From positions 1-58,002 of the forward strand of contig JAZOLL010000060.1 in the NCBI GenBank assembly GCA_045653105.1: a stretch of 58,002 nt of DNA, in the 5' to 3' direction. The DNA comes from Eubacteriales bacterium. GTDB lineage: Bacteria; Bacillota; Clostridia; Oscillospirales; CAG-272. Each line of letters begins with the position of its first letter. The first letter of the stretch is position 1. Below are positions 48,732 to 57,935 of this stretch, piece after piece. The notes under the pieces were generated by a model, which searched no databases, had not been told where the DNA came from, and saw only the letters and a list, made by a program, of their open reading frames with translations. The translations under genes were made by a program, and so were the position numbers.

Positions 48732-50120
48732 ATGGAACTCATCACAAAAATCGTACAAACCATCAATGCCTATCTTTCGGACTACATTTTGATCTTTTTG
48801 CTCGTCGGAACAGGTCTTTTTTACACGATCAGGACGAGATTCGTTCAGATCCGCTGCTTTGGCGAGGGTATGAGAAAGGTATTTGGCGGTATTTTCTCTA
48901 AAAAATCGGGTGCAAAGGGCGGACTTTCCTCTTTCCAGGCACTCGCTACAGCTATCGCGGCGCAGGTCGGAACGGGTAACATCGTCGGCGCGTGCGGAGC
49001 TATCCTCATAGGCGGTCCCGGAGCTATCTTCTGGATGTGGCTCATCGCGTTCTTCGGAATGGCGACGATATATGGCGAGGCGATACTCGCACAGGAGACT
49101 CGCGTCGTAAATGCCGACGGTTCTGTTCTCGGTGGACCTGTTTACTACATAAAGCGCGCGTTCAGCGGCAGATTCGGTAAATTCCTCGCAGGCTTCTTTG
49201 CGGTCGCTTGCTTCCTCGCACTTGGATTTATGGGCACTATGGTGCAGTCCAACTCTATTTCCGAGGCTGTCAGCACCGCGTCGAACGGCGTTATCAGTCC
49301 TTGGGTGATCGGTCTTGTCCTCGCGGTGCTTTGCGCGTTCATTTTCATCGGCGGCATCAAGAGGATCGCCTCTGTCGCGGAGAAGATAGTTCCCGTAATG
49401 GCGGTGGTCTACATAGTTCTCGGAGTTGTTGTCCTCGCTATCAACGTCAAGGTGCTCCCCGAGACCTTCGGTCTTATCTTCAAGTACGCGTTCATGCCTC
49501 AGGCGATCCTCGGAAGTGCGGTCGGCGTGGCTATCAAGGCGGCTATCAGCCAGGGTGTAAAGCGCGGACTCTTCTCTAACGAGGCGGGCATGGGCTCGAC
49601 TCCCCACGCACACGCGCAGGCAGAGGTGAAAGATCCTCACGATCAGGGCGTTGTCGCTATGATCGGTGTGTTCATAGACACATTCGTGGTCCTCACTATC
49701 ACAGCTCTCGTTGTTATCTCCACGCTCTTCGCGGGCGGAGGCCCTCTCGGTACGGAGGCGGGACTTGCGGCTACAACGCTTGGCAAGGCAAACCTCATGC
49801 AGACCGCGGTCGGCACGGCTCTTGGCAGCATGACGCTCGGAAACATATTGATCGCCGTCTGTCTGTCCTTCTTCGCGTTCACAACGATCATCAGCTGGAA
49901 CTTCTTTGGTAAGCAGAACGTACAGTACCTCTTCGGCAAGAAGTCTACAGTTGTATACTCCGTACTTGCTGTTGGCTTTATATTCCTCGGCTCGCTCCTC
50001 AAAAACGACCTCGTTTGGGAGCTGGCGGATATGTTTAATAACCTTATGGTGATTCCCAACGTGCTCGCGCTCGTTGCTCTCTCGGGGATCGTCGTTGCGG
50101 CATGCAGAAAGAAGAAATAA
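48732..50120 (+). CDS. Alanine/glycine:cation symporter (AGCS family)
   Basis: AQVGTGNI, GGPGAIFWMW, GGP.YY and RGLFSNEAGMGS motifs. Confidence 0.95.
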   Translation: MELITKIVQTINAYLSDYILIFLLVGTGLFYTIRTRFVQIRCFGEGMRKVFGGIFSKKSGAKGGLSSFQALATAIAAQVGTGNIVGACGAILIGGPGAIFWMWLIAFFGMATIYGEAILAQETRVVNADGSVLGGPVYYIKRAFSGRFGKFLAGFFAVACFLALGFMGTMVQSNSISEAVSTASNGVISPWVIGLVLAVLCAFIFIGGIKRIASVAEKIVPVMAVVYIVLGVVVLAINVKVLPETFGLIFKYAFMPQAILGSAVGVAIKAAISQGVKRGLFSNEAGMGSTPHAHAQAEVKDPHDQGVVAMIGVFIDTFVVLTITALVVISTLFAGGGPLGTEAGLAATTLGKANLMQTAVGTALGSMTLGNILIAVCLSFFAFTTIISWNFFGKQNVQYLFGKKSTVVYSVLAVGFIFLGSLLKNDLVWELADMFNNLMVIPNVLALVALSGIVVAACRKKK

Positions 50121-50136
50121 TAGACTTTGCATCTGA

Positions 50137-50236
50137 GCGGGAGGAAGGCTTTTCAAAAAGCTTTCCTCCCCTCTTTTCTATTTAGGTTGAAGTTTTTGTC
50201 CACTTTTTCAAAAAGTGGCGCAGGTGCGGGGCAGGG
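50137..50236. repeat. Family C palindrome plus reversed family B half element
   Basis: GGGAGGAAGGCTTTTCAAAAAGCTTTCCTCCC and AAGTTTTTGTCCACTTTTTCAAAAAGTGG (reverse complement of the 25805 unit). Confidence 0.75.
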
Positions 50237-50672
50237 AAATACATGCTTCGGGCGCTCCTTTTCACTTCTTTTGGCAACGTATGCGCGAAACCGCTCTGAA
50301 GAGGCGGATTTTTTGCCCCGACGTATGAAACTTGAGCGCAAATATCTATAAAAATCCGCCAAAAACAGGGGAAAAGCAGGGGGTGGCGAAAAAGTATAAA
50401 AACAAGGCTTTTTTGTGCAAAATCAATGGTTTGGTTGTGCATAGTGCAAAAAACAAAGAACGCTAAACTATGGAATTTGTATGCTATGTTGGTTGTATTT
50501 GTTCTTTTTTGCTAAAAATCAAAAAGCGTGTATGTTTGTTTTTGAACAATATTAGTCATTATTTTGTACCTTTTGTGGAGAATAATGTACACATAGCAAA
50601 AAACTTTGTGGTATAATGTTTGTACAAGAGGGGAAATCCCCGATAAGTACATTATATTAAAGGAGAAAAACA

Positions 50673-51806
50673 ATGAAAAAAGTACTTGCTCTTATCATAG
50701 CAGTTCTCATGCTCAGCTCTCTCGTAGTTGTTTCTACAGCTGCAGAAGATGAGATCAACTGGGAACTTGTTACTCACTCCATCGGAATGAACATTTACAT
50801 TGGTGACGCAACAACAACCGCTCCCACTACAGACGGTGTTGTTACCGAAGGCGAATATCCTTTCACTGTAGATGTTACTCCTGAGGAGATCTATGGCTAC
50901 GCTTCCGGTGAAATCCAGAGTGGCGTTAAAGAGTATTTTGCACACGACGCTGACTACGTTTACTACGCAGTTGAGTTCACACAGGAGAACGACAACCGCG
51001 CATTCCAGTGGCAGTTCAAGCCCTTCGACACCTTTGATATCTTCAGAGGCAACCAGGACATGACAAAGTACTACTACACAAGAGTATCTTGGCAGGCAAG
51101 ATACAAGGTTGACGATGAGGGCGCATGGACCGACTATGCAGGTTCCTACCAGCCCAACATCAACGACGGTTGTGTAAGAGTTCCTACAGCAGTTGATGAG
51201 ACATCCGAGCTCTACTGCGTAGCTGGTAAGGACACAGAGACAAACCTCAAGACATACGAGGTTAGACTCGCTAAGGCTTACCTTGCTGAGATCAACGAGT
51301 GTGAGGCAAGCGAGCTCAGAACACTTTCTTACTTCACATACTTCCACTCTGCAGCAGCAGTTGCACACCTCTACACAGAGGATGATCTCGTTGCACTTTC
51401 CGACGCTGACTACTCCGTATTCCTTCCCTCCGCTAATGAGGCTGGATACAGATTCATCGTTCTTGCTGACGAGTCCACAGCTCCTCACATCCACGTATGG
51501 GATGAGGGCGTTGTAACAACTGAGCCCACAGAGGACGAAGAGGGTGTTAAGACCTACACATGTGAGTGCGGTGAGACAAAGACAGAGTCCATCCCTGCTC
51601 TCGGTGGCGGTGACGACGATGACGACGATCAGACAACAACCACAACAACAACTACAACAACTAAGAAGGACACAACAACTACCACAACAACAAAGAAGGA
51701 AGAGCCCAAGAAGGGCGGATGCAAGGGATCCATCGCGATCTCCGCTCTCGTAATCGCTCCCGTTCTCGCTGGTGGCGCAGTTCTTCTCAAGAAGAAAGAA
51801 GACTAA
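50673..51806 (+). CDS. Cell-surface protein: signal peptide, one CBM9/DOMON-like domain, His/Cys repeat, Thr linker, C-terminal anchor
   Basis: MKK signal; P..DGVV..GEY and YFAHDADYVYYAVE motifs; C-terminus GCKGS-hydrophobic-KKKED. Confidence 0.8.
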   Translation: MKKVLALIIAVLMLSSLVVVSTAAEDEINWELVTHSIGMNIYIGDATTTAPTTDGVVTEGEYPFTVDVTPEEIYGYASGEIQSGVKEYFAHDADYVYYAVEFTQENDNRAFQWQFKPFDTFDIFRGNQDMTKYYYTRVSWQARYKVDDEGAWTDYAGSYQPNINDGCVRVPTAVDETSELYCVAGKDTETNLKTYEVRLAKAYLAEINECEASELRTLSYFTYFHSAAAVAHLYTEDDLVALSDADYSVFLPSANEAGYRFIVLADESTAPHIHVWDEGVVTTEPTEDEEGVKTYTCECGETKTESIPALGGGDDDDDDQTTTTTTTTTTKKDTTTTTTTKKEEPKKGGCKGSIAISALVIAPVLAGGAVLLKKKED

Positions 51807-51847
51807 TTCAATACAGAATTAGTTTAGATTAACACTTAAATAAGATT

Positions 51848-51886
51848 GCGGGATCAAGAGGGTTAACTAAGCTTTCTTGGTCCCGT
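51848..51886 (+). terminator. Hairpin between the two surface genes
   Basis: GCGGGATCAAGAG...TTCTTGGTCCCGT with a weak T tract. Confidence 0.45.
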
Positions 51887-51971
51887 ATGTCTACTTTTAG
51901 GTCCAACGACTGTTATATATTCAAAAGGATATATATAAAATTAATTTTCTATCTAAGAAAGGAAACCGCTT

Positions 51972-54773
51972 ATGAAAAAAGTATTGGCGCTGATCTTAGC
52001 AATGATCATGATCTTCTCGACAGCAGCAATGCTCGTTTATGCAGAAGATGCTCCGGCTACTGACTGGAAGGCTCTTACAGAGTCTCTTGGTCTCCATGTA
52101 AAAGTAGCTTACACAGATGTAGCACCTGTTCTTGACGGTGTTATCGGCGAAGACGAGTACCCCACCTCTAAGGAGTGGGCACCCGCAGACATTGTCGGTT
52201 ACGACGAAACCCTCGTTGGTGACGGCGTAACAGAGTATTTTGCTCACGATGATTTCTTCATCTACTATGCAGCAGAGTTCACACAGACAGCTGCTAACAA
52301 GGCATTCCAGTGGCAGTTCAAACCCCACAACTCTTATGCAATATTCAATGCAAAAGAGCCCGACATCGACACAACACTCTTCCAGAGAATTTCTTGGCAG
52401 ATGAGAATGGTAAGCTATGAGGGTGAAGACCTCTGGTGTGACGCTACAGGTTCTTGGGCCCCCGCATGGAACTACTCCGGCGGTGACTGGAGACTCCCTG
52501 TATACAACCAGGACCTCTTCTACGCTGGTTCTAAGGACGTTGACACCAACAAGGTTGTCTACGAGATCAAGCTTACAAAGGCATACGTTGCAGAGCTCAA
52601 CGAGTGCGAGATCGACGAAGTAAACGTAATCTCTTACTTCACATACTTCCACAGCGCATCGTTCCTTGGTCATACCTACACTGCAGAGGATGTAGCAGCT
52701 CTCACAGCAGCTGGTGCAACACGTGCGGACGAAGGTAACATCTTCTTGTTCATGGATCTCATTCCCAAGGAGACTACCGCTATCAACATCAAGGATGAGA
52801 CCGAGGCTAAGTGGGCAGAAGTTACAAAGGCAATGGGAACCCACATTTACGTTGGCGGCGAGACAAAGAACTCTCCCGTACTTGACGGTGTTGTAAACTA
52901 CGGTGAGTACACAGCTTCCGTTTACAACGCTCCCGAGACCATCCTCAACTATGGCGATGGAACAGGCGAGATTCAGAGTGGCGTTACTGAGTACTTTGCT
53001 CACGACGCTGAATGGGTTTACTACGCAGTAGAGTTCAAGCAGGCAACAGAGAACAACCGTGCGTTCCAGTGGCAGTTCAAGCCCTTCAACACATTCGATA
53101 TCTTTAACGGCAACGACGATCTTACAGAGTACTACTACTCCAGAATTTCTTGGCAGGCAAGATATCACACTGCTTACGCTGATACATACAAGTACTTCAA
53201 CACAGACTATACAGGTTCTTGGGCTCCCGCTTGGAACGTAACAGGCGTAAGAGTTCCTTACATCTTCGCAACTGCTCCTGAGGGCGCTAAGGATGAGCTC
53301 CACTGTGCAGCAGGTTACGTAACAGATACACAGATGAAGACATACGAGGTTAAGCTCGCTAAGTCCTACCTCGCAGAGATCAACGGTTGTGCCGCTTCTG
53401 AGGTTGACGTTATCTCCTACTTCACATACTTCCACTCTGCAGCAGGTGTTGGACACATCTACACAGAGGAAGACATCGCAGCTCTTACAGCAGCTGAGGC
53501 AGCATTCCTTCCCGAGAACGGCGCAGGCGAGCTTGGTTACAAGTTCATCGTTCTTGCTGACGAGATCAAATATCCCGAGGCAGCTGTTATCACACTTGAG
53601 GACGAAGACGAGATCAAGTGGGCAAACGTTACTAAGGATATGGGTGCTCACATTTACATTGGCGCAGCCGGCGAAGGCAAGCCCGTTGTTGATGGCGTTA
53701 TAAACAAGGGTGAGTATGCAACTTCTGTATACAACGCTCCTGAGGCTATCTACAACTACGGCGACGGAACAGGCGAGCTCCAGAGTGGCGTTAGAGAGTA
53801 CTTTGCTCACGACGCTGAAAACATTTACTACGCAGTTGAGTTCACACAGACAAACGACAACCGCGCAGTACAGTGGCAGTTCAAGCCCTTCAACACATTC
53901 GATATCTTCAACGGTAGTGACGATTTGACAGAGTACTACTACACAAGATTCTCTTGGCAGGTAAGATACCAGACAACGTGGCATCATCCTCTCCACCCGA
54001 ACACAGACTACTCCGGATCTTGGGCTCCCACGATCAACGGTAACTGTGTAAGACTTCCCGTTATATTCACAGGCCTCAACACTGACGAGCTTATAGCTGG
54101 AACAGTTCAGGAAGAGCTTGAGTGCGCAGCAACTAAGAACTTAGATACCAACGTTAAGGTTTATGAGTACCGTATCTCCAAGGCATACCTCGCAGAGGTC
54201 AACGGTTGTGAAGTTGAAGACCTCATGGTTATCTCTTACTTCACATACTTCCACTCCAGCGCAGCTCTTGGACACGTTTACACTGAGGAAGACATCGCAG
54301 CTCTCACAGCAGCTGAGGCAGCATTCCTTCCTGAGAACGGCGCAGGCGAGCTTGGTTACAAGTTCATCGTTCTTGCTGACGAGCTCCACGTTCATGACTA
54401 TGACGACGGTGTTGTAACAACTGAGCCTACACACACAACAGTTGGTGTTAAGACATTCACTTGCGAGTGTGGCGATACATATACAGAGGAAGTTGCTAAG
54501 ACAACCGAGCACAACTGGGGCGAGGGCGTTGTAACAACTGAGCCTACAGTTGACGCTGAGGGTGTTAAGACCTTCACATGTGAGTGCGGTGAGACAAAGA
54601 CCGAGGCTATCGCTAAGCTCGATCCTCCTGCAACCACAACAACCACAACAACCACAACAACTACAACAGAGGCAAAGAAGAAGGGATGCAAGGGATCCAT
54701 CGCGATCTCCGCTCTCGTAATCGCTCCTGTTCTTGCTGGTGGCGCAGTTCTTCTCAAGAAGAAGGAAGACTAA
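51972..54773 (+). CDS. Cell-surface protein: three tandem CBM9/DOMON-like domains, two His/Cys repeats, Thr linker, C-terminal anchor
   Basis: EYFAHD, QWQFKP, SWQ.R and SYFTYFHS each occur three times; same C-terminus as the upstream paralog. Confidence 0.8.
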   Translation: MKKVLALILAMIMIFSTAAMLVYAEDAPATDWKALTESLGLHVKVAYTDVAPVLDGVIGEDEYPTSKEWAPADIVGYDETLVGDGVTEYFAHDDFFIYYAAEFTQTAANKAFQWQFKPHNSYAIFNAKEPDIDTTLFQRISWQMRMVSYEGEDLWCDATGSWAPAWNYSGGDWRLPVYNQDLFYAGSKDVDTNKVVYEIKLTKAYVAELNECEIDEVNVISYFTYFHSASFLGHTYTAEDVAALTAAGATRADEGNIFLFMDLIPKETTAINIKDETEAKWAEVTKAMGTHIYVGGETKNSPVLDGVVNYGEYTASVYNAPETILNYGDGTGEIQSGVTEYFAHDAEWVYYAVEFKQATENNRAFQWQFKPFNTFDIFNGNDDLTEYYYSRISWQARYHTAYADTYKYFNTDYTGSWAPAWNVTGVRVPYIFATAPEGAKDELHCAAGYVTDTQMKTYEVKLAKSYLAEINGCAASEVDVISYFTYFHSAAGVGHIYTEEDIAALTAAEAAFLPENGAGELGYKFIVLADEIKYPEAAVITLEDEDEIKWANVTKDMGAHIYIGAAGEGKPVVDGVINKGEYATSVYNAPEAIYNYGDGTGELQSGVREYFAHDAENIYYAVEFTQTNDNRAVQWQFKPFNTFDIFNGSDDLTEYYYTRFSWQVRYQTTWHHPLHPNTDYSGSWAPTINGNCVRLPVIFTGLNTDELIAGTVQEELECAATKNLDTNVKVYEYRISKAYLAEVNGCEVEDLMVISYFTYFHSSAALGHVYTEEDIAALTAAEAAFLPENGAGELGYKFIVLADELHVHDYDDGVVTTEPTHTTVGVKTFTCECGDTYTEEVAKTTEHNWGEGVVTTEPTVDAEGVKTFTCECGETKTEAIAKLDPPATTTTTTTTTTTTEAKKKGCKGSIAISALVIAPVLAGGAVLLKKKED

Positions 54774-54826
54774 TTTAAGCGGTTTTAAAAACTAAATAGA
54801 ATTAGTTGACTAAACAATAAAGCATG

Positions 54827-54854
54827 CGGCTCTCCCCTCGGGGAGAGCCGTTTT
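54827..54854 (+). terminator. Intrinsic terminator
   Basis: CGGCTCTCCC-ctcg-GGGAGAGCCG-TTTT. Confidence 0.8.
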
Positions 54855-54953
54855 GTGTTATCCGGAGTGTTCGCATCTATCCAAAGCCTCCCTCTGGGAG
54901 GACTTGGGTTGACTTGCGGACGAACGGGAGGCTTGTTTTGCTTCGCTTTAACT

Positions 54954-55138
54954 AAAGCCTCCCTTGAGTAAAGGGAGGTGGCACGGCTAAACCGTGTCGG
55001 AGGGATTGTAAAAGCTTGGGGGAGAAGAGAACAATCCCTCAGTCAGCTTTGGCGACCCGCGGACGCGCCGTCCCCTCTCTCTGCTTCGCAGACGTCTCCC
55101 CACACCGTGGGGAGCGAGCCTTTGCACAAGGGAGGCTT
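54954..55138. repeat. Palindromic repeat family A, copy 3, with nested insertion
   Basis: AAAGCCTCCCTTGAGTAAAGGGAG...CTTTGCACAAGGGAGGCTTT; extra GC-rich hairpins at about 55051-55118. Confidence 0.8.
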
Positions 55139-55472
55139 TTTTAGATTTCTGCTCTCTCATTTCCGCTTTTTGCGTTCACAAAACACAGCAGAAGTATATC
55201 AGATTAACGTCGAAAGTAATCAGAAGCGAGCCTGAATTCTATCGGAAGCGCATCAAAGCCGCCTTCAATGCCCCAACGTCACCACCAAATCACCTCAAAA
55301 CCTCCCCCAAAGCGCCTCAAAAACGCCTGTGCGCAGGCTTGTCAAGAAGAATTTTCAAAAAGTTCCAAAAAAGAGCTGTTTTTTCGCCAAAAACAGCCTG
55401 TTTTTGTATATATTGCATACATAAATGCGAATAATACATCGAAAGTTCTCTTTTTTGACGATGAAAAAGGAC

Positions 55473-55501
55473 TTGATTCTTCGTATTTTATATGATATAA
55501 T
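55473..55501 (+). promoter_or_regulatory. sigma-A promoter of the S10 operon
   Basis: TTGATT-N17-TATAAT with extended TG. Confidence 0.75.
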
Positions 55502-55509
55502 TATGGAGC

Positions 55510-55605
55510 TTGATATGCGTTGAAACGAGAGGTTGCTATGCCCGTCCTTGTTGCGGTCGTAGGTAATTTTCGTGGAGTATGTCCGTCAACCGGGCGACAG
55601 CGCTT
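55510..55605 (+). ncRNA. S10 operon leader RNA (Firmicutes/Clostridia type)
   Basis: TGAAACGAGAGGTTGC...GGTAATTTTCGTGGAG..TGTCCG...CCGGGCGACAG in the 5' UTR of rpsJ, resembling known Firmicute S10 leaders. Confidence 0.6.
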
Positions 55606-55822
55606 TTTCGAGGGCTTTACCTCGTGATTTCGCAGGTCCTTATATCCCGGAGATCGTTTGCAGATGCTGATGCCAACGGTTCCGGTTTTTAAATGGAGAA
55701 CGAAGAAACACGCGGGCGAGTGTTGAGAGAAAGCGAGCCCCCAGAAAACAAGTGTCGGCGCGAAAAATATTTCATTTATATATATACGCGCGGACAAAAA
55801 TCTAAAAAGGAGGCAAATAACA

Positions 55823-56134
55823 GTGGCAGTCAAAGAAAAGATCAGAGTAAGACTCAAGAGCTACGATCACACACTCATCGATGCAGCAGCAGAGAAGATC
55901 GTTGAAGTAGCAAAGAGAAACGGCGCAACCGTTTCCGGTCCTATCCCGCTTCCCACCGACAAGGAGATCGTTACGATCCTTCGTGCGGTACACAAGTACA
56001 AGGATAGCCGTGAGCAGTTCGAGATGCGCACACACAAGAGACTCATCGACATCATGAACCCCTCTCAGAAGGTTGTTGATGCTCTCATGGGAGTAGAACT
56101 TCCCGCCGGTGTTGAGATCGAGGTAAAACTTTAA
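55823..56134 (+). CDS. rpsJ: 30S ribosomal protein S10
   Basis: [18 protein letters not shown] and [15 protein letters not shown] motifs. Confidence 0.98.
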   Translation: MAVKEKIRVRLKSYDHTLIDAAAEKIVEVAKRNGATVSGPIPLPTDKEIVTILRAVHKYKDSREQFEMRTHKRLIDIMNPSQKVVDALMGVELPAGVEIEVKL

Positions 56135-56262
56135 TCAAGCACCCCAACTCACCCAAACAAAGATAACAGCCGTTGCGAGTGGCCTCGCAGATCGGTAACT
56201 TTGTAAATCATGTTGGCGCGCAAAGGCGCAGTCAACCAATAATTTACAGGAGGAAAAGAAAA

Positions 56263-56892
56263 ATGAAAAAGGCAATTATCGGTAAGAAGATCGGTATGAC
56301 ACAGATCTTCGACGACAACGGAAATGTAATTCCCGTAACGATAATCGAAGCAGGCCCGTGCTACGTAGCACAGAAGAAGACCAAAGAGACAGACGGATAC
56401 GACGCAGTTCAGCTCGGATTCATGGATCTCAAGGAAAAGCACACAAACAAGCCCATGAGCGGACACTTTGCAAAAGCAGGTGTTAGCGCAAAGAAGCATC
56501 TCAAGGAATTCAGACTTGACGATTGCTCCGCAGTAAACGTTGGCGATGTTATTACCGCCGATACCTTCGCCGCAGGCGAGAAGGTCGACATTACAGGTAT
56601 AACAAAGGGACGTGGTTACACCGGTGCGATCAAGAGATGGAACCTTGCAAAGCTTCGCATGACCCACGGTGTGGGCCCTGTACACCGCCAGTCCGGTTCT
56701 ATGGGTGTTATTGACCCCGCAAGAATCTTCAAGAACAAGAAGATGGCTGGTCAGTACGGTAACGAGCAGGTTACAATTCTCAATCTCAAAGTAGTAAAGA
56801 TCGATGCTGAAAAGAATCTCATTGCTATCAAGGGCGCAGTACCCGGCGCTAAGGATGGCATAGTATTCATCAGAAACTCGGTCAAAGCATAA
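56263..56892 (+). CDS. rplC: 50S ribosomal protein L3
   Basis: [19 protein letters not shown] and KGAVPG motifs; AGGAGG RBS before ATG 56263. Confidence 0.98.
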   Translation: MKKAIIGKKIGMTQIFDDNGNVIPVTIIEAGPCYVAQKKTKETDGYDAVQLGFMDLKEKHTNKPMSGHFAKAGVSAKKHLKEFRLDDCSAVNVGDVITADTFAAGEKVDITGITKGRGYTGAIKRWNLAKLRMTHGVGPVHRQSGSMGVIDPARIFKNKKMAGQYGNEQVTILNLKVVKIDAEKNLIAIKGAVPGAKDGIVFIRNSVKA

Positions 56893-56912
56893 GCGGAAGG
56901 AGGAACTAAACA

Positions 56913-57623
56913 ATGCCAAACATTAAAGTAATGGATATGACCGGTAAGGAAGTTGGTGAGATCACTCTCTCTGACGTTATATTCGGTGCAGCGGTCAATG
57001 AGGCTGTCCTCCATGCAGCTGTAAGAACCTATCTCCTCAACCAGAGACAGGGAACACAGTCCACCCTCACTCGTAGCGAGGTATCCGGCGGCGGCAAGAA
57101 GCCCTGGAGACAGAAGGGCACAGGAAGAGCACGTCAGGGCTCTACTCGTTCTCCTCAGTGGACACACGGCGGTATCGCTTTCGGCCCTAAGCCCAGAGAT
57201 CACCGCATTGCAATGAACAAGAAGACAAAGAGAGTTGCACTCTTCAGCGCACTTTCTGCTAAATTCGCCGCAGGCGAGATCATTGTAGTTGACGACATCA
57301 AGCTCGAGACATTCAAGACCTCTGCTATCGTTAAGATGCTCAAGGCTCTCGGATGCGAGAAGGAAGTTACAAAGAACTACAAGACAATAGAGATCGTTGA
57401 CGGCTCTGTTCAGAAGGACAGAAAGACAAGAACAGCAGTTGTTCCTCAGAAGGCACTCCTCGTACTCGAGAGCGCTGACAAGACAGTTGTAAAGAGCTGC
57501 GCAAACATTCCCACAGCGGAGTGCACAGTTTGCAACACCATCAACGTCTACGAGGTTCTCAAGGCAGAGAAGGTAATTCTCACTGCCGCTGCAGTTAAGA
57601 AACTTGAGGAGGTATATGCATAA
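56913..57623 (+). CDS. rplD: 50S ribosomal protein L4 (with insertion)
   Basis: RSEVSGGGKKPWRQKGTGRARQGS and FGPKPR motifs. Confidence 0.98.
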   Translation: MPNIKVMDMTGKEVGEITLSDVIFGAAVNEAVLHAAVRTYLLNQRQGTQSTLTRSEVSGGGKKPWRQKGTGRARQGSTRSPQWTHGGIAFGPKPRDHRIAMNKKTKRVALFSALSAKFAAGEIIVVDDIKLETFKTSAIVKMLKALGCEKEVTKNYKTIEIVDGSVQKDRKTRTAVVPQKALLVLESADKTVVKSCANIPTAECTVCNTINVYEVLKAEKVILTAAAVKKLEEVYA

Positions 57624-57916
57624 TGAAAATGGTTCAGGATATCATCATCAAGCCCGTTATCACAGAGGCTAGCATGGACAGAATCGCTGATAAGACTTAT
57701 ACCTTCAAGGTAAGAACAGACGCAACGAAGCCCGAGATCGCAAAGGCGGTTGAGGCAATGTTCGGCGTAAAGGTTGCTAAGGTTAACACCATCAGCATGA
57801 AGAAGAAGCCGAAGAGACTCGGAGTACACGCAGGTTATACCTCCGAATGGAAAAAGGCTATAGTAACACTGAAGTCCGATTCAAAGACCATTGAGTTCTT
57901 TGACGGTCTTAACTGA
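57623..57916 (+). CDS. rplW: 50S ribosomal protein L23
   Basis: PVITE, ATKPEIAKAVE and WKKAIVTL motifs. Confidence 0.98.
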   Translation: MKMVQDIIIKPVITEASMDRIADKTYTFKVRTDATKPEIAKAVEAMFGVKVAKVNTISMKKKPKRLGVHAGYTSEWKKAIVTLKSDSKTIEFFDGLN

Positions 57917-57935
57917 TAGTAGGAGGTAATGCGTA

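Noticed and set aside
51996-53996. 666-aa antisense ORF
   Set aside because: Shadow of the strongly codon-biased surface gene; no RBS or domain evidence
50673-54773. Diversity-generating retroelement acting on the surface repeats
   Set aside because: No reverse transcriptase or template repeat; differences are indels and not adenine-specific
56173-56262. N-terminal extension of L3 in the ORF track
   Set aside because: The AGGAGG RBS and the L3 N-terminus place the start at 56263
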